Virus record (IMG/VR): IMGVR_UViG_3300025888_000011
Coordinates: 32,001-96,000 of that record
Strand: one strand, 5' to 3'
Source of the DNA: a virus
DNA length: 64,000 nt
Below, in pieces: positions 52,891 to 63,455 of the stretch; position 1 is the first letter of the stretch; the number at the start of each line of letters is the position of its first letter. The notes beneath the pieces were generated by a model that saw only the letters and a list, made by a program, of their open reading frames with translations, was not told where the DNA came from and searched no databases. A program made the position numbers and the translations under genes.

Positions 52891-53307
52891 ATGGCTACCA
52901 CATTTCAAGATATATATAATAAATTCTTATTTCAAGTAAGAGATTTAGAGTTTGATTTATTAGAAGATGCTGAATTAGAACAACTACTATATAATTATTT
53001 AGAAAATGCTACAGTAGAATTCAAACAATGTAGAAAAGATTTAAATGATTTTGATAAAACTTTAGAGCAGTTTAATGTAAATTTATCTATTGAGGAAATA
53101 TATATCGTTTCTTTAGGAATGGTATTACATTGGTTAAGACCTAAAATCAATAGAGAAGAACTATTAAAGCAATCTATAGGTGATAGAGATTATAAATTAG
53201 CATCTAATTGGCAAACTTTAGGTAAATTAATGGATAGAGAAATAATGATACAAAATAATCTTAAAAACTACATATCAAAATATCAATATATTGCTAGTGA
53301 AATCTAG
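52891..53307 (+). CDS. putative head-tail adaptor
   Basis: TTFQDIYNKFL...FNVNLS.EE..I...M...W; position. Confidence 0.55.
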   Translation: MATTFQDIYNKFLFQVRDLEFDLLEDAELEQLLYNYLENATVEFKQCRKDLNDFDKTLEQFNVNLSIEEIYIVSLGMVLHWLRPKINREELLKQSIGDRDYKLASNWQTLGKLMDREIMIQNNLKNYISKYQYIASEI

Positions 53308-53325
53308 AAAGGAGGATTTTTTATT

Positions 53326-54366
53326 ATGGGAAAGTTTGATTTATTTAGAAAACTAAATACAATAAATGGTAGTACGTCACAAGAAGTAATCGTAAATAAT
53401 ATAGAAAAAGAATTTGACCAATATATAAAAAATACTCCTAATTCTTATATTTCTACTAGATATAATGATGTAAGTAATGTAGAAATTAAATGTACATTAC
53501 AAGATGCAGGTTTTAATGATAAGAAAAATGGTGATGAGAAAATACTTTGTACTTATTTATCTTGTGATTTAAAACAAGGTGATATTATAAAAATAGAAAG
53601 TAAAATATATCTTATTACATTTCAAGAAGATAATACTATTAAAACACATAATACATATATTGTAAGACCTTGTAATAGTCAATTAAAGTTTAAATATAAT
53701 GGAGTTATTTATTCCATTCCCGCAATTATTACGAATCAAAGTCCATATTTAGTTGGAGTTGCTGATGGGAAATATTTTGATGTAGGAAACGTGAAATTAA
53801 GTTGTTCTCTTGGAATAAATTTATTAAACAAGGATGTAGTTAAAGTTATATTTAGAGGAATGAGATTTATTCTTTATTCAAATGGAGTAAGAATTGCTTA
53901 TAAAATAACCTCAACAGATACTATTTCAAAAGAAGGATTATTAGCACTTGTATTAGAAGAAAGTAACGACTTAAAAATTGAGGATGTGGGAGATGTGGCT
54001 TTTAACAATTATGAAACTAATACCGAACTAGAAACACCTGTGATTCCAACACCAACATATAAGATAGTTAGTTCTACAGGGGATGTTAATTATTTATTTA
54101 ATGGAAGTGTTAGAACATTTAAGGTTGTCAGTGCAGATGGTACAACTATAACAGATAACTCATTTACTTTTACTCTAGGTCAAAGTTCAACTAATCCTGC
54201 TATGACACCAATAATGCTTATAACTCTCATAGATAATAAAACAACCTTAGCTGTGCGTTTAACTCCACATGTTACAAATAAAGGATATTTCCTTTTAATT
54301 GCCACAGATTCTTTAGGTAATATAACTAGTCGAGAATTACGAGTGAAGGGAAATTATGATATATAA
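53326..54366 (+). CDS. putative head closure/neck protein
   Basis: LKQGDII...CN..LK motif, beta-rich C-terminus; position. Confidence 0.5.
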   Translation: MGKFDLFRKLNTINGSTSQEVIVNNIEKEFDQYIKNTPNSYISTRYNDVSNVEIKCTLQDAGFNDKKNGDEKILCTYLSCDLKQGDIIKIESKIYLITFQEDNTIKTHNTYIVRPCNSQLKFKYNGVIYSIPAIITNQSPYLVGVADGKYFDVGNVKLSCSLGINLLNKDVVKVIFRGMRFILYSNGVRIAYKITSTDTISKEGLLALVLEESNDLKIEDVGDVAFNNYETNTELETPVIPTPTYKIVSSTGDVNYLFNGSVRTFKVVSADGTTITDNSFTFTLGQSSTNPAMTPIMLITLIDNKTTLAVRLTPHVTNKGYFLLIATDSLGNITSRELRVKGNYDI

Positions 54367-54395
54367 ATAATATAAAAGATTAAAGGAGTATTTAT

Positions 54396-54554
54396 ATGAA
54401 AATATTTAATATTAAACAAGCAGATATATTCATTAAGAACTCTGCTACTCCAATAGGAGTAAATACAGGGAATAAATTTAAAGTGTTCATAGAATTTGAA
54501 GAAAACCAAATATTTAAAGATTTAATGGTGCGATGGCTAAATAAAGAATTTTAG
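54396..54554 (+). CDS. small DUF5659-like protein
   Basis: 52 aa MKIFNIKQADIFIKN...VFIEFEE...LMVRW; AAGGAG RBS. Confidence 0.6.
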   Translation: MKIFNIKQADIFIKNSATPIGVNTGNKFKVFIEFEENQIFKDLMVRWLNKEF

Positions 54555-54602
54555 CTATTTTTTATTGCCCAAAATAATACGATTTAAGGGAGGATTTATA
54601 AT

Positions 54603-55730
54603 ATGGGATTGAGTATTAACAAAATATCATTTAAAAAATGGTGTATGGATAACTTATCAAAAAAAGAAGCAAACAATATTTTAGACAGATGGGATTATGA
54701 ATTAAATAATAAAAAACCTGATGAAATTGGATATAGTTCAAAAGGAGAAAACAATAAAGGATATTGGTTTAAGTGCTTAGAGCATCTTGAACATGGAAGT
54801 GAATTAAAAAATATTAAGAATTTCGTATATGGACATAAGAAAAGTATAGATTGTTACCAATGTAATTCTTTTGCTCAGTGGGGAATCGACAATATATGTA
54901 GTGATTTCTTAGAAAAATATTGGGATTATAATAAAAATGATAAACTAGAACTAAATCCTTGGGAAATATCTAAATGTGTATATAAGGAAGTTTGGATATT
55001 TTGTAAAAACAAAGATAAGCCTCATCATGGAAGCTACATTATAGGATGTGGTTATTTTGTAAAAGGTAGACGTTGTCCTTATTGTAGTCATAGAGGTGGA
55101 AAAACCCATCCATTAGATAGTTTTGGTCAATACATAATAGATAATCATGGAGTTAAATTTTTAATTGACATATGGTCTGATAAAAATAAGGTATCTCCTT
55201 TTGAATATGCACCAGGAAGTAATTATAAAGTTTGGTGGAAATGTTTAGATAATAAACACGATGATTATTTAAGAGAGATAAGCAGTTCAAATAGATTTGA
55301 ATATCGTTGCCCTGACTGTGTTCAAGAAAGAAATGAAAGTTTACTTGAAGAAAAGACTAGACTATATTTAAATGAGTTGGGATATGATATTTTACATGAG
55401 CGTCATTGCACTATTATCCCTAAAAATCCTAAAACAAAAATGCCTTTACCTTTTGATAATGAAATAAATATAAATGGAATAAAACTTATTTTGGAGGTTC
55501 ATGGAATTCAGCATTACAAATTATGTGGATTTCATATTTTAGCATCTAAACATAATAATACAACACCAGAGTATGAATTTCATATGCAAAAAGTAAGAGA
55601 TAAATATAAAAGTTATGTAGCATATAGAAATGGTTATAAGTATATTGCTATTCCATATACTTCTGACAATAAAAAGGAAAAATATAAAACTTTAATTGAT
55701 AATAAGATTAAAAAAATACAAAATAAGTAG
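54603..55730 (+). CDS. zinc-ribbon homing-endonuclease-like protein
   Basis: three WD..KN..P.....S...VW(W/F)KC repeats; PFDNE...LEVHGIQHY core. Confidence 0.8.
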   Translation: MGLSINKISFKKWCMDNLSKKEANNILDRWDYELNNKKPDEIGYSSKGENNKGYWFKCLEHLEHGSELKNIKNFVYGHKKSIDCYQCNSFAQWGIDNICSDFLEKYWDYNKNDKLELNPWEISKCVYKEVWIFCKNKDKPHHGSYIIGCGYFVKGRRCPYCSHRGGKTHPLDSFGQYIIDNHGVKFLIDIWSDKNKVSPFEYAPGSNYKVWWKCLDNKHDDYLREISSSNRFEYRCPDCVQERNESLLEEKTRLYLNELGYDILHERHCTIIPKNPKTKMPLPFDNEININGIKLILEVHGIQHYKLCGFHILASKHNNTTPEYEFHMQKVRDKYKSYVAYRNGYKYIAIPYTSDNKKEKYKTLIDNKIKKIQNK

Positions 55731-55740
55731 GTGAAATAAT

Positions 55741-56283
55741 TTGAGCAACGTTTCCATGAAATTTCGTAATATAACAAAAATAAAAAATGGTATTATTAAT
55801 TTAATTTCACACGACAATAAAATCAAGAGGTACGTCTTATATCTTACGAGAGAGCCTTTAAATTTGTCAGCTTATGATACATCTAGTATTTTACAAGACC
55901 AACCAGATGTTGAAATTGATTTGGTTTTTGGAGACCCACATATTTATGGTTCAAGTTTTAATGATGTTGTATTAAGTGCATCACAAGTTACAATATTTGT
56001 ACATAGATATATGGGAGACCTTACTGGGAAAGCACTTGGCATAAATACTCTAATAGTGGATATAGTAACTCCTTTGGAATTCAATATTTTAAATGAAACT
56101 GAAGACCGTAATTCTGCCATAGCATGTTCTATATGCGATTTGGTCGACGATACATCAATTGGAGTAGGAAAAGCAAGTGTTGTTAAATATACTGAGTCAA
56201 GATACAGTCTTACTGATAATAATTATGAGATTCTTAGTTTATTCATAGAAGTTTCCACATCAAATTTAAGAGTTAATAAATAG
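55741..56283 (+). CDS. putative tail completion/terminator protein
   Basis: 180 aa, position before the tail tube. Confidence 0.45.
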   Translation: MSNVSMKFRNITKIKNGIINLISHDNKIKRYVLYLTREPLNLSAYDTSSILQDQPDVEIDLVFGDPHIYGSSFNDVVLSASQVTIFVHRYMGDLTGKALGINTLIVDIVTPLEFNILNETEDRNSAIACSICDLVDDTSIGVGKASVVKYTESRYSLTDNNYEILSLFIEVSTSNLRVNK

Positions 56284-56320
56284 AATAAATAAAGTAAATA
56301 GAACAAGTAGGTGATTATTT

Positions 56321-57091
56321 ATGTTAGAGAATATTTTAAATGAACCATATGAATTAATTGAAATAGACAAAGAAACAAATGAAATAAAAAATGAAATATA
56401 TATTTATCCTATTATTATTAAAGATTATTTTAAATTTCAAATATTAACAAGATTATTATATGTGAGTAAAGGTAATTTTTCAGAAACAGAAATTCCTTTA
56501 TTAGATTTAATTGTATTTCATTTAATTGATGTTGAATTAACTGACGAACAAAATATTATTAATAGAAATGATAGAATAAAAGAATTAGAACAAGTGTTTT
56601 CAATAATTATTAGAAAAGAAATACATTTTTATGAAGATAAAACACATTATCAATTTATTTCAGATGATAAGAAAAGTATAATACATAATTTAAATTACAA
56701 TGAAATTAGAACAATAATAATGAATCAAAATTTAATGTTTGAGCCTAAGATTTATAAAAATAAATTAGTGCAAGAATGGGCAGATTCAACTTTAAATGCA
56801 AAAATGAAAAATCAGCCCAAGATTGGAATGGAAGAGATGTTATCAACTATTTCTGTGAAAACAGGTAAACATTATTGGGATTTAAAAGAATATAGTATTT
56901 ATCAAATCTATAGTGATTTTTATAGATTAAGAAAAGACAAAAATTATGATACAAGTTACGCAATGAAATTACAAGGAGTTGATATAAGTATAGAAGATTT
57001 TGCAGAATGTCTAGATTTATATAAAAATCCTTATGATAGTGTATTTGTTGATGATGGGAAATTAGACCAAATAAAAAATGTTTGTAAATAG
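56321..57091 (+). CDS. hypothetical tail-region protein
   Basis: 256 aa, IYPI.IKDY...IR.IIM.QN...SIYQ. Confidence 0.65.
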   Translation: MLENILNEPYELIEIDKETNEIKNEIYIYPIIIKDYFKFQILTRLLYVSKGNFSETEIPLLDLIVFHLIDVELTDEQNIINRNDRIKELEQVFSIIIRKEIHFYEDKTHYQFISDDKKSIIHNLNYNEIRTIIMNQNLMFEPKIYKNKLVQEWADSTLNAKMKNQPKIGMEEMLSTISVKTGKHYWDLKEYSIYQIYSDFYRLRKDKNYDTSYAMKLQGVDISIEDFAECLDLYKNPYDSVFVDDGKLDQIKNVCK

Positions 57092-57159
57092 AACTAATTA
57101 TGGTTTTATTTAACATATATAAAATAAAATAATATAAAATACAAGGAGGAATAATTAAT

Positions 57160-58317
57160 ATGATAGCAGATATTTTTAAAGTACTATTAATTGATAATGC
57201 AACTGGTGAAACATTTGCAAGAACAACATTGGAATCAGCTTCAATAGAAATAAAAGAAGAGTCAAACGAGGTGGAAGGTGGAGGTTCAGTTTATGCTATA
57301 ATTCATAATGGAAAAAAAGAAACTATCGCATTGTCAGATGTAGAAGTCGACTTTGGCATTATAGCTAAACAACTTGGAGTAGACGCAGTTACAGGAGCAA
57401 CAATAGCTTATGCTATGCCTAAATTTTATACAGTAGAAACAGGTTTAATAATAACATTAGATAATGAACCATTAGTAGGTTCAATGTCTATATTTACAGA
57501 AGCAGGAGTTCCTATATTGGCAGTGGGTATTACATCAACTGTTGGAAAAGTAGTTACTCTTGCAACAGGTGTAGTAGGAGACCAAATAGAAGTAAGAACA
57601 TATAAATATCTTACTGGAGTGACAACTCAGTCTATAGAAATAAACAATACAAAGTTTGCAAAAGGTGTTACTGCTGTACTTGAAACAATAGAGATAACTC
57701 CTGAAGAAGTTCCTATAAATATCATTCAATTTATCTTTGATAGTTGTGCTTTTGATGGTGGATTTAAAATTGATACAAAGATAATAAGATGGTTGCACAA
57801 ACTATCTTAGCCTCGTACATTCAGAAATGAGTGTAGGACACAGATTTAATTGCAGGTAACTCCCAAGAGCCTTACACCACAATATAACTGAAAAGATTAT
57901 ATGAAGGTACGAAAGTAGAAAAAACGTAAGGATGGATATAAGGTTAAATCCTAAGTATCTGATAATATTCTACATATTATAAAACGGATGTTCATGCAGG
58001 TAAGCACCTAATGAGTAGAAATACTACGGTGAAACTTCAACGACTATCCTTGAAATAGGAGTAAAGCCACAAGCGATTGGTGGAAGAAAAAGTCTGCCCT
58101 TAACAAATAATGTTGAAGGTGAAGAAATAGTCTACTCACGTTGAGAAATCAAGTGGTCACTTAATTAACTAGAGTGACATTTATGGAGTAGCGTTCATGA
58201 GTAAATATAAAGGCAAAACGTGACGCAGTAAAGCATGACATTGGACTTAAAGTGTTGAAAAAGAGAAGTAAGGACTCAGTTGGCAAGATTCTTAGAATTC
58301 CAATAGCAACAGTATAA
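57160..58317 (+). CDS. major tail tube protein, intron-split (approx. join 57160..57780,58213..58317)
   Basis: T/G/V-rich structural protein; 34-codon 3' exon AKRDAVKHDIGLKV...ILRIPIATV follows the intron core. Confidence 0.65.
57781..58212 (+). mobile_element. group I intron without ORF; splice sites uncertain
   Basis: TACATTCA-GAAA-TGAGTGTA P2, AATTGCAGG, TCAACGACTAT and AAGAAATAGTC (P7), P3 CAGATTT/AAGTCTG. Confidence 0.8.
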
Positions 58318-58335
58318 AATAAAATAATATAAATA

Positions 58336-58364
58336 TTGACATTATAGTAAAAGTGACATATAAT
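58336..58364 (+). promoter_or_regulatory. sigmaA promoter
   Basis: TTGACA-17-TATAAT. Confidence 0.75.
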
Positions 58365-58370
58365 AGAATT

Positions 58371-58431
58371 AGAGGATAGATAAGGAGTAGCTCTTCATAT
58401 CGAAAACACATTTCTCCAAATGTGTTCCTCT
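58371..58431 (+). ncRNA. structured leader RNA upstream of endonuclease
   Basis: AGAGGA/TCCTCT closing stem, GGAGTAGCTCT hairpin, AACACATTT-CTCC-AAATGTGTT hairpin with anti-SD loop. Confidence 0.6.
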
Positions 58432-58474
58432 GTTTTACAAATGGAGGAATAATTATTTGGAGGTAATTAATAAA

Positions 58475-59914
58475 ATGTCTAAAAAGAAAACAATAAAACA
58501 ATATAAAAATGAAGTATATAAATTGGTAAATACAGAGTATGATATATTAGGTGATTACAATGGAAATAAAATTAATATACAAATGAGACATAACAATGAA
58601 AGTTGTAGTAATTTTGAATTTCCAATGAGTCCTAATAGTTTTTTAAGAGGTCAGAGGTGTCCTAAGTGTAGTGGAAGAATGAAGAAAACAACTGAGCAAT
58701 TTAAGAAAGAAGTCTTTAAAATTGAAGGTGAAAAATATGATGTTTTAGGTGATTATATAAATAATCACACTAAAATATTAATGCGACATAATTGTGAAAA
58801 ATGTAATAATCATGAATATGATGTAACTCCAAAGGATTTTTTATTTGGGTATAGATGTCCTAAATGTTTTGGTACTCCTTTAAAAACACAAGAGGAATTT
58901 GAAACAGAAGTATATAGTTTGGTACAAGATAAATATACTGTTTTAGGAAAGTATAAAACTAATAAGACTAAAATATTAATGAAGCATAATTGTAAAGAGT
59001 GTGATAGTTTTGAATTTGAAATGTCTCCTAACTCTTTTTTAAGTAAAAATCAACGATGTCCAAAATGTGGTGGCACTATGTTAAAGACCGATGAGCAGTT
59101 TAAAAGTGAGGTTTTTAATCTCGTAAAAGTTGAGTATGTAGTATTAGAAAAATATATAGGTGCACATACTAAAATTTTATTTAAACACAATTCAGATAAA
59201 TGTAATAATCATGAATTTCCAATGACTCCTGATAGTTTCTTATCTGGAGAGCAAAGATGTCCAAAGTGTGGTGGAACAAAAAAGAAAACAGATAAAGAAT
59301 TCAAGCAACAAATATTTAGTTTAGTTGGTGATGAATACACAGTCTTAGAAGAATATATAAATGATAGTACTAAAATAATGTTTAGACATAATAATAAAGG
59401 ATGTGGTAATTATGAATATCCAGTGAAGCCTAACTCTTTCTTAAATGGACACAGATGTCCTAAATGTAATGAATCTAAAGGTGAACAAGCAATAAGACAT
59501 TACTGTAAAGATAATAATATAAATTTTACTCCACAATATATTTATGAAGACTTATTATCTGACTTAGGTAATCCATTAAAGTATGATTTTGCAATATTTA
59601 ATGATATAAATAAAATAGATTTAAAATATCTAATAGAATATGATGGAGAATTCCATTATAAAGTTATAAAATATAAAAATGAAACTATAGAATGGGCTGA
59701 AGCAAAATTTGCAAAACAAAAATATCATGACAAATTAAAAAATGAATATTGTATTGAAAATAATATAGAATTATTAAGAATACCATATTGGGAATTTGAT
59801 AATTTAGAAAGAATATTAACAGATTATTTAATACACGGAAAAGAAATAAGTGAATTGGGAATAAGAGAATACATTGATGATATTGAGATTAATAATATTG
59901 CATGTAATAGCTAA
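58475..59914 (+). CDS. homing-endonuclease-like protein with five Zn repeats and PD-(D/E)xK-like domain
   Basis: 5 x (Y.VLG.Y....KI..RHN...C...P..FL.G.RCPKC); SKGE...YDFAI...IEYDGEFH. Confidence 0.8.
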   Translation: MSKKKTIKQYKNEVYKLVNTEYDILGDYNGNKINIQMRHNNESCSNFEFPMSPNSFLRGQRCPKCSGRMKKTTEQFKKEVFKIEGEKYDVLGDYINNHTKILMRHNCEKCNNHEYDVTPKDFLFGYRCPKCFGTPLKTQEEFETEVYSLVQDKYTVLGKYKTNKTKILMKHNCKECDSFEFEMSPNSFLSKNQRCPKCGGTMLKTDEQFKSEVFNLVKVEYVVLEKYIGAHTKILFKHNSDKCNNHEFPMTPDSFLSGEQRCPKCGGTKKKTDKEFKQQIFSLVGDEYTVLEEYINDSTKIMFRHNNKGCGNYEYPVKPNSFLNGHRCPKCNESKGEQAIRHYCKDNNINFTPQYIYEDLLSDLGNPLKYDFAIFNDINKIDLKYLIEYDGEFHYKVIKYKNETIEWAEAKFAKQKYHDKLKNEYCIENNIELLRIPYWEFDNLERILTDYLIHGKEISELGIREYIDDIEINNIACNS

Positions 59915-60026
59915 GCATACAACTTATTATTATCAGAATAATATAACATAGAATTCGTCTTTTATTCAGAAATATTATCATTAAACAAATAACAATATAA
60001 TAATATAAATAAAAAGGAGACTAAAT

Positions 60027-60365
60027 ATGATTGAATACATAAATAACACAAATACATTTAAATTAAAATATTCTTCAGTTGTATATCCACCCTTCAATAT
60101 CAATGTCAATACAATATATGATTGCACAATTGAAAATAATATATATTCTATAATAATAAATAAAATAAAAAAGGATTTTAATGTAGAATATATAAAAGCA
60201 TTATTTTCACCAATAGAAGGAAAATGGAGTGATTATATAAAAACTTTTGAAATTCCAATTATAGAAAAAGAAGTTAATCCAAATATAGAAATTAAATCTG
60301 AACCTATTAAAAATAAAATTCCAATAATATCTGAAGTAATTATTCCAAAACCAATAGTTAAATAA
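60027..60365 (+). CDS. hypothetical protein
   Basis: 112 aa, AAGGAG RBS. Confidence 0.65.
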   Translation: MIEYINNTNTFKLKYSSVVYPPFNINVNTIYDCTIENNIYSIIINKIKKDFNVEYIKALFSPIEGKWSDYIKTFEIPIIEKEVNPNIEIKSEPIKNKIPIISEVIIPKPIVK

Positions 60366-60408
60366 TCAAGTTGTTTGAAGACAATATAAAATGTATTGTC
60401 TTTTTCTT

Positions 60409-60465
60409 ATATAGCCTAATATTTAGCTTCTTACAAAAGGCTTAAAATGTTAGGCTATATTTTTT
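60409..60465 (+). terminator. long hairpin/terminator
   Basis: ATATAGCCTAATATTT/AAATGTTAGGCTATAT plus T-run. Confidence 0.6.
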
Positions 60466-60565
60466 GTTCTAATATACATTCTCTAAAAATGTATCTAAAT
60501 TCAAGCTAATTAACTAGTTGGTTTGCATTTATATATATAAAATATAAAATTAAAGGAGGGAATTT

Positions 60566-61744
60566 ATGACATCGCAAGAAGCTTTACAAAGTGCAATAGA
60601 ATTATCTATAGCAAGCGTAACAGGAAATGGTACAACAAAAGTATCTCTAAATTGTCAATATCCTATATTTGATATTGCATTAGATGTAAATTTAAAATTT
60701 GATATATTAATATATCCAACAGTTGAATTTCCTATAAATAAAATAATTGCAGTTAAAATAGGGAGTAATCCTCAAGCATTTTTTACAGTAAGTTCTAACT
60801 CAAAAGCTTTATGGTTATCCGAATTAATGGGAATTACAAGAGAATTATTTAATATAAAAGTTACAGAAACTATTGAGTTTGAATTCCAAAATCCTGAATT
60901 AGTGCAATTTAAATTAATTACTGCATTAGATGGTAATTTTGGAAATGCTATAGATATTGTAAATAATGGATTAACAAGTGAACAGTTTCTTATTAAAGCA
61001 ACAAGTATAAATCCATCCGATGAAAGTTCTGTTTCTGCTATAAGAAATGCAATAGATAATACTACTTCTGTTGTTACAAATAATGGAACAAATGTAATAA
61101 CTGTAAATAATATTTACCCTATATTTGGTAGTCAATTACCTATGACTTATATAGTAGACAGTTTAATTACTTTTGAAAAAATATTACCTATGGGTAGTGA
61201 AATATTTATTAAACATAATGGAGTATTTTATAAAAAAGTAATAACAACTAAGAATTTTAAAAATATATGGTTTAGTGATTTAGTAGAAGACACAAGAGGA
61301 GCTTTATTTTCAAAAGTTACTGAAGAATACGAATTCACATTTGTATATGACCAAAGTATCAATATTAAATTAATCACAGGAGAATTAACTAATTTTACAA
61401 ACTGTAACGTTGTTGTAAATCAATTAACATATGGATTATTTGAAGTAGCAAATAGTAATTCACTTATCAGTAACCCTATTATTTTAAACGACTGTAATTT
61501 TGTAATTACTTATGAAGATTACGAAAGAATAATAAAAAGTGCGAGACTAGAATTAGGCAATGACCAATATATTAACATAGATTATGTGATGGATAATTCA
61601 ACCACTCCTCCTAAAAAGTATATGAGAATTTCCCATTTAGATGAAAACTATAATGTAGAGATAAATCTTTTAATGGATATGAAAGGGATAGTTAATTATT
61701 TAGAACTATTAAAAGATATGGCAAGAGGATTATATGTTAAATAA
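60566..61744 (+). CDS. putative virion protein with internal duplication
   Basis: two copies of AI....SV.TNG...V.N..YPIF...W.S.L. Confidence 0.7.
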   Translation: MTSQEALQSAIELSIASVTGNGTTKVSLNCQYPIFDIALDVNLKFDILIYPTVEFPINKIIAVKIGSNPQAFFTVSSNSKALWLSELMGITRELFNIKVTETIEFEFQNPELVQFKLITALDGNFGNAIDIVNNGLTSEQFLIKATSINPSDESSVSAIRNAIDNTTSVVTNNGTNVITVNNIYPIFGSQLPMTYIVDSLITFEKILPMGSEIFIKHNGVFYKKVITTKNFKNIWFSDLVEDTRGALFSKVTEEYEFTFVYDQSINIKLITGELTNFTNCNVVVNQLTYGLFEVANSNSLISNPIILNDCNFVITYEDYERIIKSARLELGNDQYINIDYVMDNSTTPPKKYMRISHLDENYNVEINLLMDMKGIVNYLELLKDMARGLYVK

Positions 61745-63455
61745 TATTGGAATGTCTAGTGGTGGAGGTATAGCTAAGGGAAATATCTTACCTTTACATG
61801 AAAATAGTTATCATGGAATGATATTCGTATGGCTAGAAGACAATTTATCTGAACCTAAATTAATGCAATATAATGCAATTTTAAGAAAATGGAATCCTGT
61901 AGGTTCAAGCAATAATGGAGGAATTTTCATTACAAACGTTCGACCACAAGATTCTGCTGAAAATGTATCAAATAAAATTTATGGAGATGTTGAAAATGTA
62001 AAATTAGATAGTATTATAAGTACAACATCTAAGGTTATCGTTGATGTTTTATTAATTACAGGATGGAAAAACTATGTGCCAAATGCAACTGTTAATAATG
62101 TTCCTTTAATAAATGTAGTTAAGATGCTAGATAGACCATTATTTACAGCGAATATATTATTGGATTTAGAAAGTTCAAATATCCTTAAAGCAGTACATGA
62201 AGACGGAGCATATCATCAAGTAAATGTATCCTATAATAAATTACCTAAAATTACATCTGCATTATTTATAGGGAATTATCCTATTGAAAATATGGTAGAA
62301 CAATCAGAGTTAAAGGAAAATGATTTAGTACAAATAAAAATTCAAACAGATAAGCCTGTAATTAGAGCAGAAATTTCAAATTATGGGGCATGTAAATCTC
62401 AAATTTTCACATTCTCAGAGTCAGATGATATTTCTATTAGTAATATATTAATTGCTAATAGAGGAAATACTGTGCAAGATTTACCTATAAAATTAAGAGT
62501 TCAATCTAATGATGGTGGATGGAGTGATTGGTATACTTCTGATATTACAGGGAATATAGAAAAGGTTAATTTAGTAAAAATAAATAATTTACATCCTATT
62601 ATAAATGTTACTGGTATTAATTATCCAATTAATCAACAAGCTTTGAAAGGAATAGAACAAGCTACTATCATTCATACTGTAAGTAATTATGATAGTATTA
62701 CATATGAAAGTGTTAATGCTGAATTAATTATTGAAAATCACACTATATTTGAAAGTAATAAAACTGTGAGTAGAATAAATGGTGGTTATAATGTCAGCAT
62801 AAATAATTTTAGAATTACTGCTAATAGAATAGCAAATAATGCTAGTACAATTATTAATAAAGTTGTAAATATAGCAAACATAGACCCAATAATAACAATA
62901 CAAGAACAATATATTAGATTGCGTTCATCCGAAACAGGAAGTAATTATTGGATTAAGTTAATATCAAGTCAAAAACTATTAGAAACTCCAAGTTTAAGTA
63001 GTCCCGTGGGAACATTTGTTGGAAACTTCACTACCAGTGATGATATTACATGGAGTAAAACTATTAGTATTTCAGATACAGATAATAAAGGAAATTTTAA
63101 TTATATATCAATGTCTGCAAAGAATTTAGCTGGGAAAGTTGAGACTGCAATAACTGGTGATGATGTGATAATTATTGGTGGTATGACTAGTAGAAAACTT
63201 ACATTTCCTGCATTCCAAAGTACGGTTTGCATAGGTGCAAAAGTTGAGAATACGAGTAAAATATCTGTAATTGATTTATCAGGATATGTGTTTACTTATC
63301 AAAATAGTTTTTCTAATAATCCTCTTACTTTTACTATTGTAGATTTGAATGGAGTATTGGATAATAAGGGAGATTATTTAAAAATTACAGACCTAAATAT
63401 AGTAAATCAGAACTCAACCTCAAATTATTATATCAATTTTGAAGAAATTATATAA
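61734..63455 (+). CDS. beta-rich putative virion/tail accessory protein
   Basis: 573 aa, I/N/T/S-rich, repeated YP..Q..LK motif. Confidence 0.65.
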   Translation: MLNNIGMSSGGGIAKGNILPLHENSYHGMIFVWLEDNLSEPKLMQYNAILRKWNPVGSSNNGGIFITNVRPQDSAENVSNKIYGDVENVKLDSIISTTSKVIVDVLLITGWKNYVPNATVNNVPLINVVKMLDRPLFTANILLDLESSNILKAVHEDGAYHQVNVSYNKLPKITSALFIGNYPIENMVEQSELKENDLVQIKIQTDKPVIRAEISNYGACKSQIFTFSESDDISISNILIANRGNTVQDLPIKLRVQSNDGGWSDWYTSDITGNIEKVNLVKINNLHPIINVTGINYPINQQALKGIEQATIIHTVSNYDSITYESVNAELIIENHTIFESNKTVSRINGGYNVSINNFRITANRIANNASTIINKVVNIANIDPIITIQEQYIRLRSSETGSNYWIKLISSQKLLETPSLSSPVGTFVGNFTTSDDITWSKTISISDTDNKGNFNYISMSAKNLAGKVETAITGDDVIIIGGMTSRKLTFPAFQSTVCIGAKVENTSKISVIDLSGYVFTYQNSFSNNPLTFTIVDLNGVLDNKGDYLKITDLNIVNQNSTSNYYINFEEII

